This document shows positions 28,191 through 38,654 of a stretch of 64,000 bases of DNA, one piece after another; position 1 is the stretch's first letter; every line of letters starts with the position of its first letter. The DNA comes from Candidatus Hermodarchaeota archaeon. GTDB lineage: Archaea > Asgardarchaeota > Hermodarchaeia > Hermodarchaeales > Hermodarchaeaceae. The notes beneath the pieces were generated by a model. The model was not told the origin of the DNA and ran no database searches. It saw nothing but the letters and a program-made list of their open reading frames with translations. The position numbers were made by a program, and so were the translations under genes. The stretch lies in contig JAEOTO010000009.1 in NCBI GenBank assembly GCA_016839805.1, positions 1 to 64,000 on the forward strand, in the 5' to 3' direction.

Positions 28191-28721
28191 GTGGAAACGA
28201 TGAACATGACAGATGCTTCAAAGTCTAAAGGCGAAAATAAGCATTGGAAGCAGACTATCTATGACTGGTTGGCTGAAGAGGGAATGTTCCGCAAGGACGT
28301 CGATGACCCCAAGGCAGCATTCCATTTTGGGATAAATTTCCCCGTGAATTCTCCATATCACATTGAGGTAGTGAAACCTCGTGATATGAAAGATGGTATT
28401 CTAATTGTCTCGGTGCTCCGTGTTGCTCCCTCACATCGTACGGCCCTGGCAAAACTGCCCGTAGAGAAACGAAAATCCTTGGTACACGACTTAAAAATCC
28501 AACTGCTAACACGGCGACCAGGCTTCTCATTAAAGGGGAATGAAGGCGTGTGGGATGCTGTGCAATTCCAGGTCCGACTTCTCAACGACAATTTATCTAA
28601 AACAACGCTCCTTGAAGCCATCGATGATGTATTCCGAAGTATGCTCATAGTCATCTGGACCTTCGGACACAACTTTGGTGTTCCAACAGACCAGCAACAA
28701 CAACCAGGATTCTACGCCTAA
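28191..28721 (+). CDS. Conserved archaeal protein (DUF2299-like)
   Basis: IYDWLAEEG...FHF..N.P pattern. Confidence 0.65.
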   Translation: METMNMTDASKSKGENKHWKQTIYDWLAEEGMFRKDVDDPKAAFHFGINFPVNSPYHIEVVKPRDMKDGILIVSVLRVAPSHRTALAKLPVEKRKSLVHDLKIQLLTRRPGFSLKGNEGVWDAVQFQVRLLNDNLSKTTLLEAIDDVFRSMLIVIWTFGHNFGVPTDQQQQPGFYA

Positions 28722-28802
28722 ACTCTGGTAATCTCACTTCTTTTGATTTACCTGAAAACTTTAAGAAGATAGACTCTGAACATAGAGCCAAGGTGGCATC
28801 TT

Positions 28803-29129
28803 ATGAAAACCTGTGATGCATGTGGATATGAAAACGATAGCGATGCCGATTTCTGTGCCCGCTGTGGGGCTCATCTCGCCGCTGTGAAAGCCAAACCCGC
28901 TGAAGTAGAGAAAGAAGACGAAGACTGCTATGGAAAAGAAGAAGACGAATGTTTTGGGCTTCCACACGGAGGAGCAATATGTGGAATGCTCTTCGGATTG
29001 ATTATCATCGTTTGGGCTCTTGGTATTATCTTTGGGTGGAATATTTGGGATTACTTCTGGCCACTCATCCTCATTGTCATTGGTGGACTTATTGTTGTTG
29101 GTGCAATCTACACTATGCGTCGTCGTTGA
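28803..29129 (+). CDS. Zinc-ribbon membrane protein
   Basis: CDACG...FCARCG, ECFGLPHGGAI, two TMs with FWPLILI. Confidence 0.8.
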   Translation: MKTCDACGYENDSDADFCARCGAHLAAVKAKPAEVEKEDEDCYGKEEDECFGLPHGGAICGMLFGLIIIVWALGIIFGWNIWDYFWPLILIVIGGLIVVGAIYTMRRR

Positions 29130-29143
29130 TAAGATCAAGAAAA

Positions 29144-29887
29144 TTAACTCTCTGATAGTGGACATCCGAGGATTCCGCATTGGGTACATATTCGTCGATG
29201 AGCCCGTCGAGACATGACTATTCGAGTAAAAATCCAATAACAAATCAGTGATAATAGGTAAACCGCAAGAAGGATATTATTCGTGAGTTGAATAACGTTT
29301 GATAAGATTAGAAAGGATCCTACGACGAATAATACATTAATGATTACTCGGACTCCTCCCTGATGTACTCTTAGGAGTCGATAGAATGGGTGCTGCAATA
29401 GACCAATACCTACAAAGACAAATCCTAGCCAGAAAAAGGCTTCAGGGAAAATGAATTGAACACCGAAGAAGAAAAAGAGCGCCGTTCCAATAAGTGCAAT
29501 TACTGCCCCTGTGACCAGGCCTGTACACCCAGCACAGTAAACCTTTTTTCTGAATGAAAAAACGTGGCTAGCATATGGATTACAGGTTGGATGGTGACCG
29601 CGTTTCTGAATAGGATGAAGTTCGTCTGTAGTTTGTGCGGGTTGGTTTCTGTGTTCTCCTTGAGAGGTCTTTTTTCGTGACGGTCGTCGGCAATGTGAAG
29701 GTGATACACCAGCAATAATACCAAGGATGCATATAGTGGTGAAGGCGATTCCGATTAGTTGATTCTGCCATAGGACTACTATCATGGGAGGAGGGTTAAG
29801 GAGTAAGAATGGCAGTAGACCAAGTCCAACCAATGACAAGAAAAGGGAGATAAGAGCAAGTTCAGAACCTCGGGTTGATTGCGTCAA
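29144..29887 (-). CDS. Cys/His-rich polytopic membrane protein
   Basis: About 6 TMs; GHHPTC, YCAGCTG, CTQC...CP; 4-bp overlap with the radical SAM gene. Confidence 0.7.
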   Translation of the reverse strand: MTQSTRGSELALISLFLSLVGLGLLPFLLLNPPPMIVVLWQNQLIGIAFTTICILGIIAGVSPSHCRRPSRKKTSQGEHRNQPAQTTDELHPIQKRGHHPTCNPYASHVFSFRKKVYCAGCTGLVTGAVIALIGTALFFFFGVQFIFPEAFFWLGFVFVGIGLLQHPFYRLLRVHQGGVRVIINVLFVVGSFLILSNVIQLTNNILLAVYLLSLICYWIFTRIVMSRRAHRRICTQCGILGCPLSES

Positions 29888-31302
29888 AATCGAAAAAGCC
29901 CCTTCAAAGTAGCTAGAAATCCCTTCCGCATCATATGCCGGTAGTAAGTCCGTTTCACCTTATTCTTGGCAAGTACCCCAGATATCCGGCGTCGCCATCC
30001 ATAATACGCCCGGTAAGTAGCATAAAGCTCAGTTTGCACCTCTTCACGTGTGAGGTGTTCCGTTGGCATAATCGCATGAACCATATCGAATCTCTCCCAT
30101 CGGGGATCCTCAATCCAGCCACTCGCTAAGGCTTCTTCATACTTCGGCGTACCGGGGTATGGTGTCATCGTCATAAACACTGCAACATCAGGGTCAAGGT
30201 CATTAATCCATTTACGAAACGCTTCAATGGTTTCATGAGAATCTTGGCGGTGTCCGATAATCGCCGTTGTTTGGGCAAGAATCTCATTTTCCTTTAACAA
30301 TTCAATGGCTTCCTTGCCCATCCCAACCTCAATGCCCTTCTGATATTTCTTAAGCATTTTCGGGTCATGACTCTCTAATCCCGTCATTATCCACTGCATT
30401 CCAGTCTCTCGCAACTTTGGAAGTAAGGTTTTGCCAGCAATGATTTCATCTACCCGTGTCTGGAAAAACCACATTAGATCCTCGGTAATCCCCCGCTCAA
30501 GTAACTCATCACACAAAGTTTCCATCCAGTTGTCCAATTGAATATAATCATCTGTAAGCCACAGAAACCTACTGCCAAACTCCTGGTATATATATTCAAA
30601 CTCGTCAGCAACGCGTTGTGGTGATTTTCTGCGGCACTTTCCCCAATACCGCCATTGAGTACAAAAGGAGCATGAATGGTTACATCCTCGTCCACCTTCT
30701 ACCAAAGCATAGGGTAAATCCTTCCCTGCAGGGAACCGATAGTTCAACATATGCTCCCGCACAAAGTGATAACCTGGAAAAGGAAGCGTGTTTAAGTCTT
30801 TAATTAAAGGACGGTTTGGCGTATATACAATCTTTCCATTATGGCGAAATGAAAGTCCCTTCACCCGTGTCAGCGAGCGCTTCGATTCCAAGGCTTGGAT
30901 TAACTCCAAAAGCGTTTGTTCCCCTTCACCCCGGACAATAAAATCCAGTTGCGGAACCCCCGCCAAAACCTCCTGAGCCAGCACCGAAAAATGCTGACTT
31001 CCCACAACCGTGAAAATTCGCTTATCAATCTCTTTAGCCAATACCACTGTCCGAAGCGTTATCTCAGCATTACAAGACGAAACCGTGCTTGGAGCCACAA
31101 GATCCGGTTGAAACGCCATAATTTGCTTCTCGACATCATCCCACTCCGCTTCCTCTGCCTGACAATCCATCACCTGAATTTCTATTTCAGGATCATGAGC
31201 TTCCAGATAGCTTGCCAAACACAACAACCCTAACGGTGGCGGAATATATTCACCCATCACAAACCAGGGCTGTTTCGGAGGCTCAACGAAGAGAATTTTC
31301 AC
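29884..31302 (-). CDS. Cobalamin-binding (class B) radical SAM enzyme
   Basis: PPLGLLCLASYL B12 domain, GEGE, RGCNHSCSFC, TPYPGT. Confidence 0.9.
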   Translation of the reverse strand: MKILFVEPPKQPWFVMGEYIPPPLGLLCLASYLEAHDPEIEIQVMDCQAEEAEWDDVEKQIMAFQPDLVAPSTVSSCNAEITLRTVVLAKEIDKRIFTVVGSQHFSVLAQEVLAGVPQLDFIVRGEGEQTLLELIQALESKRSLTRVKGLSFRHNGKIVYTPNRPLIKDLNTLPFPGYHFVREHMLNYRFPAGKDLPYALVEGGRGCNHSCSFCTQWRYWGKCRRKSPQRVADEFEYIYQEFGSRFLWLTDDYIQLDNWMETLCDELLERGITEDLMWFFQTRVDEIIAGKTLLPKLRETGMQWIMTGLESHDPKMLKKYQKGIEVGMGKEAIELLKENEILAQTTAIIGHRQDSHETIEAFRKWINDLDPDVAVFMTMTPYPGTPKYEEALASGWIEDPRWERFDMVHAIMPTEHLTREEVQTELYATYRAYYGWRRRISGVLAKNKVKRTYYRHMMRKGFLATLKGLFRF

Positions 31303-31651
31303 GAATTCACATTCCAACCAAATCGTGAATGCGCTTTCCCCCACCTTGAGATTTAACCCTTTGGTCTCTTCAGTACAAAAACACTGGAGAAGAAGAGGGG
31401 AACGGAGCTATGGCAATTCAGGCACCTCCAAAAAGGACACAATTGGAGGGGAGAGGGAATGGTTTCTAGGGGAGTGGAAGTGCCTAAATATTTGCCACTC
31501 CGGTCCGGTTAGTATTCCGGTTCCCCAGGTATTGCCAGGTGGAATGGCTTATTAAAACTTCTCATTAACAACTTTTAGTTATTGGAATTTTTTGGGTTTC
31601 CCCAAAATCTTAAGAAGAGAAAGGTTGCTACTGCTGGGTGAGGTGTTCCTC

Positions 31652-31999
31652 ATGGTTTATTGCCATAAATGCGGTGCAGAAAACGCAGAGGATGCTGACT
31701 TCTGCAAGAAATGTGGTGCTCCGCTCGCTCCCAAAGAAGATATTGGTAAGAGAATGGGTGTTTGGGGGCGACGTTTCGGTGAACGTGCTGAAGAAGAGTG
31801 CTTTGGCGTCACTGGTGGAGGAGCCATCTTTGGCATCATTATTGGCATCATCATAATTGGACTTGGGTTTTCTTTGGTCTATGGCTTACCGTTGTGGCTT
31901 TTGATTGGTCCCATTGTGGGAATTATCATTGGAGTACTCATTATTGTCTGTGCGTTGAATTCGATTCGTAGAAAGCGTTCCTTGAGGAAACAAGAGTGA
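31652..31999 (+). CDS. Zinc-ribbon membrane protein, paralog of 28803..29129
   Basis: CHKCG...FCKKCG, EECFG..GGAI, two TMs; GAGGTG RBS. Confidence 0.8.
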   Translation: MVYCHKCGAENAEDADFCKKCGAPLAPKEDIGKRMGVWGRRFGERAEEECFGVTGGGAIFGIIIGIIIIGLGFSLVYGLPLWLLIGPIVGIIIGVLIIVCALNSIRRKRSLRKQE

Positions 32000-32002
32000 A
32001 AA

Positions 32003-32485
32003 ATGGAGGTTGTTGTTGTGGGTAAAAAAATGCCTGAAGGACCGGATATCCTGGGCGGAGTCACTGCGGGTCTCATCATTATCTTGATAGCGATACTCTT
32101 CGTTTTGACACCTTTCTTACTCGGTCATTTGTTCAACTTTATCACAAATTTTGCCTGGCAAGAAGTGTATCCTGGGTTTATTTGGTGGGCTCCACAGAAT
32201 CCCCATCCTGTGGTCTACAATACACTGTTTCTCTTCTTCCTCGGAACCCTGGTAATTAATGTCATAGTTCTAATATTACGGGTTATCTTCAGGGACTCTT
32301 ATCGACGGCAAATTGAATCCATTGGCGGAATTATCGTCAGTATCGGTATTTCCTGGGCAGCATACAACCTAACCCTGAATAACAATTTCACAGCCTTTGC
32401 AGGTTGGACTATCGTCTTCATTGGAGTAAGCATCATTATCTCGAGTCTAGGCTATTTCGCTGTCCGATCAAAAATAGCAGAGTAA
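32003..32485 (+). CDS. Membrane protein
   Basis: Four hydrophobic helices. Confidence 0.7.
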   Translation: MEVVVVGKKMPEGPDILGGVTAGLIIILIAILFVLTPFLLGHLFNFITNFAWQEVYPGFIWWAPQNPHPVVYNTLFLFFLGTLVINVIVLILRVIFRDSYRRQIESIGGIIVSIGISWAAYNLTLNNNFTAFAGWTIVFIGVSIIISSLGYFAVRSKIAE

Positions 32486-32560
32486 CTGCTTCATGCAATG
32501 TGAACATCCTTCGGATAAGAACCAGAGAAAATAGGCTTTCTAAGTAACACAGTGCAAAGG

Positions 32561-34471
32561 CTACTCTCGCTTCATCGGTCTTTTCATGGGAGAGTCTGCT
32601 GGATTCTTTGCCTCGGGAGAAGTTTTCGCCAATTCTTCTTGAGCACTTCTCAGGGCTTCTTCTGAGATTTCTTCCGCTGTTTGGTGTGCATAGTAGGTAT
32701 CATAAACAGCTTTGTACCGCCCACCTAGAGCTAATAGTTCCTCATGTGTCCCTTCTTCGACTATCTTGCCAAGGTCAAATACTAATACACGAGATGCGTT
32801 GGCGATTGTAGTTAGTCGGTGAGCGATCACGACCGTAGTTCGGTCCGAGAACAGTTTTTCTTGAGCTGCTTGAACCAGGGATTCTGAATAAGCATCCAAC
32901 CGACTCGTCGCTTCATCGAGAATGAGGATTTTGGGGTTTGCCAGCATTGTCCGTGCTATTGAAATCATTTGAACTTGTCCAGCACTTAGATTGCTTCCTC
33001 CTTCGACTAACATGGTATCGTATCCTTGAGGCAGAACCTCGATGAAATCATTCGCTCCAATTAAAGTGCTGAGACTAAGGATTTCGTCATCAGTTGCATC
33101 TGGTTTTCCGTAACGGATGTTTTCGAGGACGGTATCATCAAAAAGGTACGGTTCTTGCGCAATCAAGGCAACCATCTCATGAAGGGACTCAAGTGATATA
33201 TCCCGGATATCTTGGTTCCCAATTAGAATCCGACCACTTTGTGGATCGTAAAACCGGTTTATGAGGGCTGCTACTGTGGTCTTACCAGCTCCGGTTGCAC
33301 CCACAATTGCCACTAACTCTCCAGGATTGACTTTGAAATTTACTTCCTTGAGAACTTCAGTTTTCTCGATATATGCAAAAGAGACGTTTTCAAAGGTAAT
33401 TCCATCACTTGTTGGTTGAAGGGGAACTGCAGTTTCATTATCGATGATTGAGGGTTCAGCTTCTAATATGTCCATTAAACGATCCATCGAAGCCGTAGAC
33501 GCTTGGAACTGCGTTGCCATCATGCTCAGAGAAAGTAAGGGCCAAAGGAATCGTTGAATTAGAATTGTTCCCAGAAACACTTCACCAATTGTAAGTAAAG
33601 GTGCGGTCCCTGCGGCCAGACTACCTGCTACAAATAGGACTGCGGCTACGGCAGCGATCCCGGTTGCTCGGACGAGGGGCTGCATTAGTGTCATCAACAT
33701 CATGAATCGAAATCCATGGCGATACGATTCCTGGTTTAATTCGCTTAACGTTGCAGCTGTTTCATCTTCGCGATTAAACGCTTTAGCAACATGAATGCCA
33801 CTTAAGTTTTCAGCAATCTGTCCGGAAACATAACCGGTAGCGCGTTGTGCGGCTAACATGGTTCGCTGACCGACGGTTCCGAAAAGAATGACAATAAGGA
33901 TTACCACGGGAATTACAACTAAAGCCGTTAATGCGACTAATGGAGAGGTTAACCACATTAGACTAAAGGTTGCCAGCAGTAAGAGCATTTGACTAGCAAA
34001 ATCAATGACGATCTGAATCCCTGCCGCGAGATTATCTGTATCGGTGGTGACTCGGGATGTGATATCGCCGCTTTGTTCTGAGGTATGATAAGACAGGTCG
34101 GCACCAACAAGTTTCTTATAGACGTCCTGTTGGAGAGATCGTACAAAACCAGCTTGAGCCCCTGATAAAATCCAAGTATTCAGTGATTGCAGAGTCCAAC
34201 TTACCAGGCGAAGAATAACGTATAAGATGCCGAGATAGAAAATACCAAGCAATGTACTTCCTGGAAGTAGTACTAAGTTGATTCCCGTTGACAATACCAG
34301 AGGGTCAACGGCGCGAAAAATCGTGGCGATTACTGCTAAAACCGCTGCAACAACGATTAATTTTCTAAATCGACCCAGATACCTAAACATGCTCCCTAGA
34401 AGAACACGTAATGGGCGGCTCCGTTTATGTTTGTCGCGAATCAATCCAGTGGGTCCACGGCGAACTGCCAT
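32561..34471 (-). CDS. ABC exporter TMD-NBD subunit (heterodimer partner)
   Basis: GATGAGKT, LSAGQ, ILDEATS, IAHRL. Confidence 0.92.
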   Translation of the reverse strand: MAVRRGPTGLIRDKHKRSRPLRVLLGSMFRYLGRFRKLIVVAAVLAVIATIFRAVDPLVLSTGINLVLLPGSTLLGIFYLGILYVILRLVSWTLQSLNTWILSGAQAGFVRSLQQDVYKKLVGADLSYHTSEQSGDITSRVTTDTDNLAAGIQIVIDFASQMLLLLATFSLMWLTSPLVALTALVVIPVVILIVILFGTVGQRTMLAAQRATGYVSGQIAENLSGIHVAKAFNREDETAATLSELNQESYRHGFRFMMLMTLMQPLVRATGIAAVAAVLFVAGSLAAGTAPLLTIGEVFLGTILIQRFLWPLLSLSMMATQFQASTASMDRLMDILEAEPSIIDNETAVPLQPTSDGITFENVSFAYIEKTEVLKEVNFKVNPGELVAIVGATGAGKTTVAALINRFYDPQSGRILIGNQDIRDISLESLHEMVALIAQEPYLFDDTVLENIRYGKPDATDDEILSLSTLIGANDFIEVLPQGYDTMLVEGGSNLSAGQVQMISIARTMLANPKILILDEATSRLDAYSESLVQAAQEKLFSDRTTVVIAHRLTTIANASRVLVFDLGKIVEEGTHEELLALGGRYKAVYDTYYAHQTAEEISEEALRSAQEELAKTSPEAKNPADSPMKRPMKRE

Positions 34472-36252
34472 TAATTGACTCCCTCCTTCTTAGATAGATT
34501 CTTGACATAGGGTAGGGCTCCTGGTAGTCTTTCAAAGATTCGTTGATAATGTTCGGAGGTTTGAAGCAGCTCATCATGAGTACCCTTTGCCACGAGGTGT
34601 CCCTTATCAACAATTACGATGAGGTCTGATTCAAGCAGTGTTCTAAGCCGTTGAGTGACAGTAATGCTTGTTCGATTTTTCATGACCTCGTCTAAGGCTT
34701 TTCGAAGTGAATATTCGGTTTGAGCATCAATGGCACTGACTGAGTCATCTAATAACAGAATCTTGGGGTCCTGCACAAGGGTTCGGGCAATCGCTAGACG
34801 TTGACGCTGCCCACCACTCAGGGTCATTCCCCGTTCTCCGATAATGGTGTCGTATCCTTGGGGTAATCTCTCAATGAACTCATGGGCCTGTGCCTTTTTC
34901 GCTGCATCCACAATTTCTTCTTCACACGCATCAACACATCCAAAGCCTATGTTATCATTGATGCTCATTCGAAAGAGAAAAATATCCTGCTCAACTAGCC
35001 CAACAACTGCCCTGACATCACGAGTACAGACATTGTGAAGATCCACACCACCAATCAAAACACGGCCTTCTGTCGGATCATATAACCGTAAAAGAAGTTT
35101 CAAAATAGTGCTTTTTCCGCCGCCAGGACCACCGATAAGAGCGACACGCGAACCACTGGGAATGGTGAGATTAATGTTTTTCAAAGCGTAGGAATTTTCT
35201 TGTCCATTCTCAGTGAGATATTGGAAACTAACATTATCAAAAACGATGTCCCCAGTCCAATCCACTGTAGTGATGGGCTTCTCTGGTTCTTGAAGTGGAT
35301 CTTGCCAATTGAGCACGTTGATGATTCGTTGGGCATTCACGTGTCCTCCACGAATCACTAAAAGAAAGCGTGGGAGCATAAAGCTGAAGGTATCAACTGC
35401 GCCGAGAAGGCCCAGGATTTGAACGAGGACACCAACGGTAAATACACCAAGTAGAACCTGATACGCACCATAGAAAAACGCAGCGGTGGTAATTCCAGTT
35501 AAGATGAGTGCTGGGATGTAAAAGGCTGCAAGGCGGCCTTCTCGAGTGGTAAGCTGTTCATACTCTGCTGCTACATCGTTGAATTTTTCTTGTTCACGTT
35601 CTTCTGTTCCAAAGGCTCGGACTACCTCAATGCCTCGAAAAACTTCTTGGCTTACTGCCGTGATCCTTTCGTTTTGTTCAGATCGTGCACGACGAACCGG
35701 CTCAACCTTCACGGCATAACGATAGGCAAAGTAGAGGTATAGCGGAGCCCCAATTAACATGATAACTCCAAGCCACACATCAATTAGGGATAACAAGAAC
35801 GCTGAAATGATTAGGGTTCCAATTGCTGTGATGATGTTTCTCAGAGCAGGATTAAGGGAGAACCGGACCCATCGGACATCCTGCATAGCGACGGCTAGCA
35901 ATAGTTTGCTATCAATCTGATCGTGGAATGTCATACTATTTTCCTGGACGAGTTCAAAGAATTCTTGCCTAGCATCACGTTCCCAGCGCAATGTGATTAC
36001 GGCAAACGTATAACCCACTAGAAGAATCGTGATGAAGAGTGCAGCTGCTATTAGCAGAATAAGAAAAACCTGGTTAATGAATGCCTGGGTGAAGCCCTGT
36101 GTCTCCAGTATATCAATGGCAACACCTAACACTAAGGCTGGTAATGTCGTCAGGTACGCACCAAGCAGGGCTAATCCTGTTGCAATAATGGTTACACCAG
36201 GATATCGCCGTAATGCGGCTAATTGATAACGTGATGCACTCTTGTACTTCAC
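34471..36252 (-). CDS. ABC exporter TMD-NBD subunit with degenerate catalytic site
   Basis: GGPGGGKST, LSGGQRQ, LLLDDS, H-loop replaced (VTQRL). Confidence 0.92.
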   Translation of the reverse strand: MKYKSASRYQLAALRRYPGVTIIATGLALLGAYLTTLPALVLGVAIDILETQGFTQAFINQVFLILLIAAALFITILLVGYTFAVITLRWERDARQEFFELVQENSMTFHDQIDSKLLLAVAMQDVRWVRFSLNPALRNIITAIGTLIISAFLLSLIDVWLGVIMLIGAPLYLYFAYRYAVKVEPVRRARSEQNERITAVSQEVFRGIEVVRAFGTEEREQEKFNDVAAEYEQLTTREGRLAAFYIPALILTGITTAAFFYGAYQVLLGVFTVGVLVQILGLLGAVDTFSFMLPRFLLVIRGGHVNAQRIINVLNWQDPLQEPEKPITTVDWTGDIVFDNVSFQYLTENGQENSYALKNINLTIPSGSRVALIGGPGGGKSTILKLLLRLYDPTEGRVLIGGVDLHNVCTRDVRAVVGLVEQDIFLFRMSINDNIGFGCVDACEEEIVDAAKKAQAHEFIERLPQGYDTIIGERGMTLSGGQRQRLAIARTLVQDPKILLLDDSVSAIDAQTEYSLRKALDEVMKNRTSITVTQRLRTLLESDLIVIVDKGHLVAKGTHDELLQTSEHYQRIFERLPGALPYVKNLSKKEGVN

Positions 36253-36418
36253 TTCAAACCCATAGAATTGATGATTTTGTTAGCGTCCAGCACTCTGAAC
36301 TTGCTTTTAGAACCATCGGTCTTTCCGGAATGAAAAGGAAGTTATGTGATGGTGTTGAATTTCACACCAATTCATATTTGAATTTAGGATACGAAAGAGA
36401 TACCCAGAGTGGTATGGA

Positions 36419-37561
36419 ATGGGCACTCAAAATCAGCATAACCGTTATTTGCGTGCATTCATTATTGCCTGTTTTGGCTGTTTTCTGATTGGGTACAGCC
36501 TGGTGTATCCAATCTACTACGCGACGAGTCCCTCAAGCATTTATGGATATGGAGGTAGGCGTTATGCTGGTGTGAAACCATACTTTGGAACTGTTTCTGA
36601 AAACGATACGGATTTCTATGCTGATATTGATGCTAATTTAGATGATCCCTTTTATTATTATGAGCTGACTCTTGAGATTCGAAACTTCTATACCAATAAT
36701 ACTCCCGTAACTCTTATCCTTTCAACATATTTTACGAACCAGACAGTATCAAATTTCTATAATCTCACAGCAGAACCCATCAACTATGAATTCCAAATTT
36801 GGGATCCTACTCAATTTTATCTCACAATTCAATACAATGGAAGCGCCTCAGCTTTCTCATTTTGGGCAGTAGTTCATGGTGAACTCCCGCTACATCCTAT
36901 ACCACCACCTCCAATTTTTCCTCTTGTAATGACCGGATCGGGTTTTGTAGTGGGAATAATCCTACTTGTCATTGGTTTATACGATTACAGGGTCCAAAAA
37001 CGGAGCCGTCATTCATATAATCTGGATCGGGCTTTGATTTTTTGTTGTTTGGGTCTGCTCCTCGTCACTTTGAGTTATCCGTCACTAGTCCGACCCCACT
37101 ATACTCTCTATTATCATCCCCAGGAATACATCGATTTTGGTTTATTCTCTGGAACTGTTAACCAAACAGTCCCCTATGTCAACATGACCCTATGGGGTAT
37201 TAATGAAAGTGTCGTGGAGATTCGAACATTCTTCGTGAATAATGCGTCTGTTACAATTCATGCATACCCCATCGACAGATCGACGAATCGCACATGGAAT
37301 TATGTAAATTCCCGATACCCGGGATATCAGGATTTTGTGTTTGACACAACAGGTGATACGGTAATCGAGGTAGAACGTGAAACTGAGGATACAGGATTTA
37401 GCTGTTGGGTGTTGGCTAATTTTCGAGAGGTAGAGGTCCGTCAAAATTATGCTGGAAATTACGCCCCATATGCTACAATATTTCTTATATCTGGTGTACT
37501 CTTACTTGGATTAGGGCTCTATTCCGCTTCTAAAGGCTTCAGAGAGATTCCCAAGCTATAA
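36419..37561 (+). CDS. Membrane protein with two extracellular beta-rich domains
   Basis: TM-domain-TM-TM-domain-TM layout, internally duplicated (FGTVSE / FSGTVNQ, EIRNFYTNN / EIRTFFVNN), many N-x-S/T sequons. Confidence 0.7.
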   Translation: MGTQNQHNRYLRAFIIACFGCFLIGYSLVYPIYYATSPSSIYGYGGRRYAGVKPYFGTVSENDTDFYADIDANLDDPFYYYELTLEIRNFYTNNTPVTLILSTYFTNQTVSNFYNLTAEPINYEFQIWDPTQFYLTIQYNGSASAFSFWAVVHGELPLHPIPPPPIFPLVMTGSGFVVGIILLVIGLYDYRVQKRSRHSYNLDRALIFCCLGLLLVTLSYPSLVRPHYTLYYHPQEYIDFGLFSGTVNQTVPYVNMTLWGINESVVEIRTFFVNNASVTIHAYPIDRSTNRTWNYVNSRYPGYQDFVFDTTGDTVIEVERETEDTGFSCWVLANFREVEVRQNYAGNYAPYATIFLISGVLLLGLGLYSASKGFREIPKL

Positions 37562-37610
37562 TTGGAATTCAATAAGCTAAAGGGTGAAATAGCAGGAGCA
37601 CTCATGAAAT

Positions 37611-38516
37611 GTGACGACTATGCTACAACTCACTGACCCGATCCAAGTCATTATTGAAGGGCTGATTCAATTCTGGTTGATCTGGGGACCATGGATTATC
37701 CCAATCCTCGAATTAGTACTGATTTGGGTTGCTCTGCTTATTATCGCAGGACTGCTAACCGGGTTTCTTCGGCGAAGGGCTGTGCGTGTGGGCATCCCGC
37801 CGGATGCGGTTAATGGGTTAATATTAGCAATCCGGTTACTTTTTCTCTGGTTCGGGATTGTCACCTTGGCTGCATTTGTTCCGCCATTATGGGACTACGC
37901 TGTAGCTATCGTCGGCAGCGCTTCGGTGATCATCGGGTTAGCTGTTGGGCTTGCGATTAGTCTGGCTATGCGAAATATCATCGCTGGATTGTATGTGATG
38001 TTTAGCGATCCCTTTGATGTCGGGGATTATGTACGCATTGGAACCAACGAGGGCATTGTCCTCGAAATCAGTATGAATTACACGAAATTACGCCAAATAG
38101 ACGGCTCCATCACCCTCATTCCAAATAATAATGTCATGAATTCATCAGTAACGAATTTCCGATTTGATCGCAAACGCAAAGCTAAAGCAAAGACCGATGC
38201 CGAAACTGCTGAGACTGCCTCATTGCCTAAACGGATATGGAATGTCATCAGCAAGGTGATGGATACTACCGATCTCATCCAATATACCTTCGAGTTGAGG
38301 TTTCCTGTCAAGGATCCCCACGAGAAATATGATAAAATCCTTAATAGCGTGTGCAAAAAGTGGAAGGCAAAATTTGGCTTCGAACCCGTTTACGCGCTAA
38401 CAAATATTTCTCATATAGCCTTTACTTATGCATTCACCATTTTCGTTGAAAACCCTCAGCTTCTTCTTGAACACCGATCTGATTTTATCGAAGATATTGG
38501 GCGAGCCATCTACTAA
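37611..38516 (+). CDS. mscS: Small-conductance mechanosensitive channel (MscS family)
   Basis: GLA...RNIIAG...PFDVGDYVRIG..EGIV..I....T.L...DG....IPNN. Confidence 0.88.
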   Translation: MTTMLQLTDPIQVIIEGLIQFWLIWGPWIIPILELVLIWVALLIIAGLLTGFLRRRAVRVGIPPDAVNGLILAIRLLFLWFGIVTLAAFVPPLWDYAVAIVGSASVIIGLAVGLAISLAMRNIIAGLYVMFSDPFDVGDYVRIGTNEGIVLEISMNYTKLRQIDGSITLIPNNNVMNSSVTNFRFDRKRKAKAKTDAETAETASLPKRIWNVISKVMDTTDLIQYTFELRFPVKDPHEKYDKILNSVCKKWKAKFGFEPVYALTNISHIAFTYAFTIFVENPQLLLEHRSDFIEDIGRAIY

Positions 38517-38654
38517 GACCATAATAGGGCACATTAAACCTACATTCTGAAATTTCAGGAGAAGAATTAGTGAAAAAATCGTTATTAAGTAGATAACAAT
38601 TAGTTCGAATACTATATCAGCCAATAATTCTATCCTTTCTAATCAAACTGACAT

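Noticed and set aside
31380-31550. Cobalamin riboswitch upstream of the B12 radical SAM gene (GGGGAACCGG...CCGG on the minus strand)
   Set aside because: Lacks the conserved CCCGC-ACUGU and B12-box elements, and a TATA-like element lies between it and the gene
32561-36252. Degenerate ABC motifs as a novelty
   Set aside because: One consensus plus one degenerate site is normal for heterodimeric exporters (TM287/288 type)
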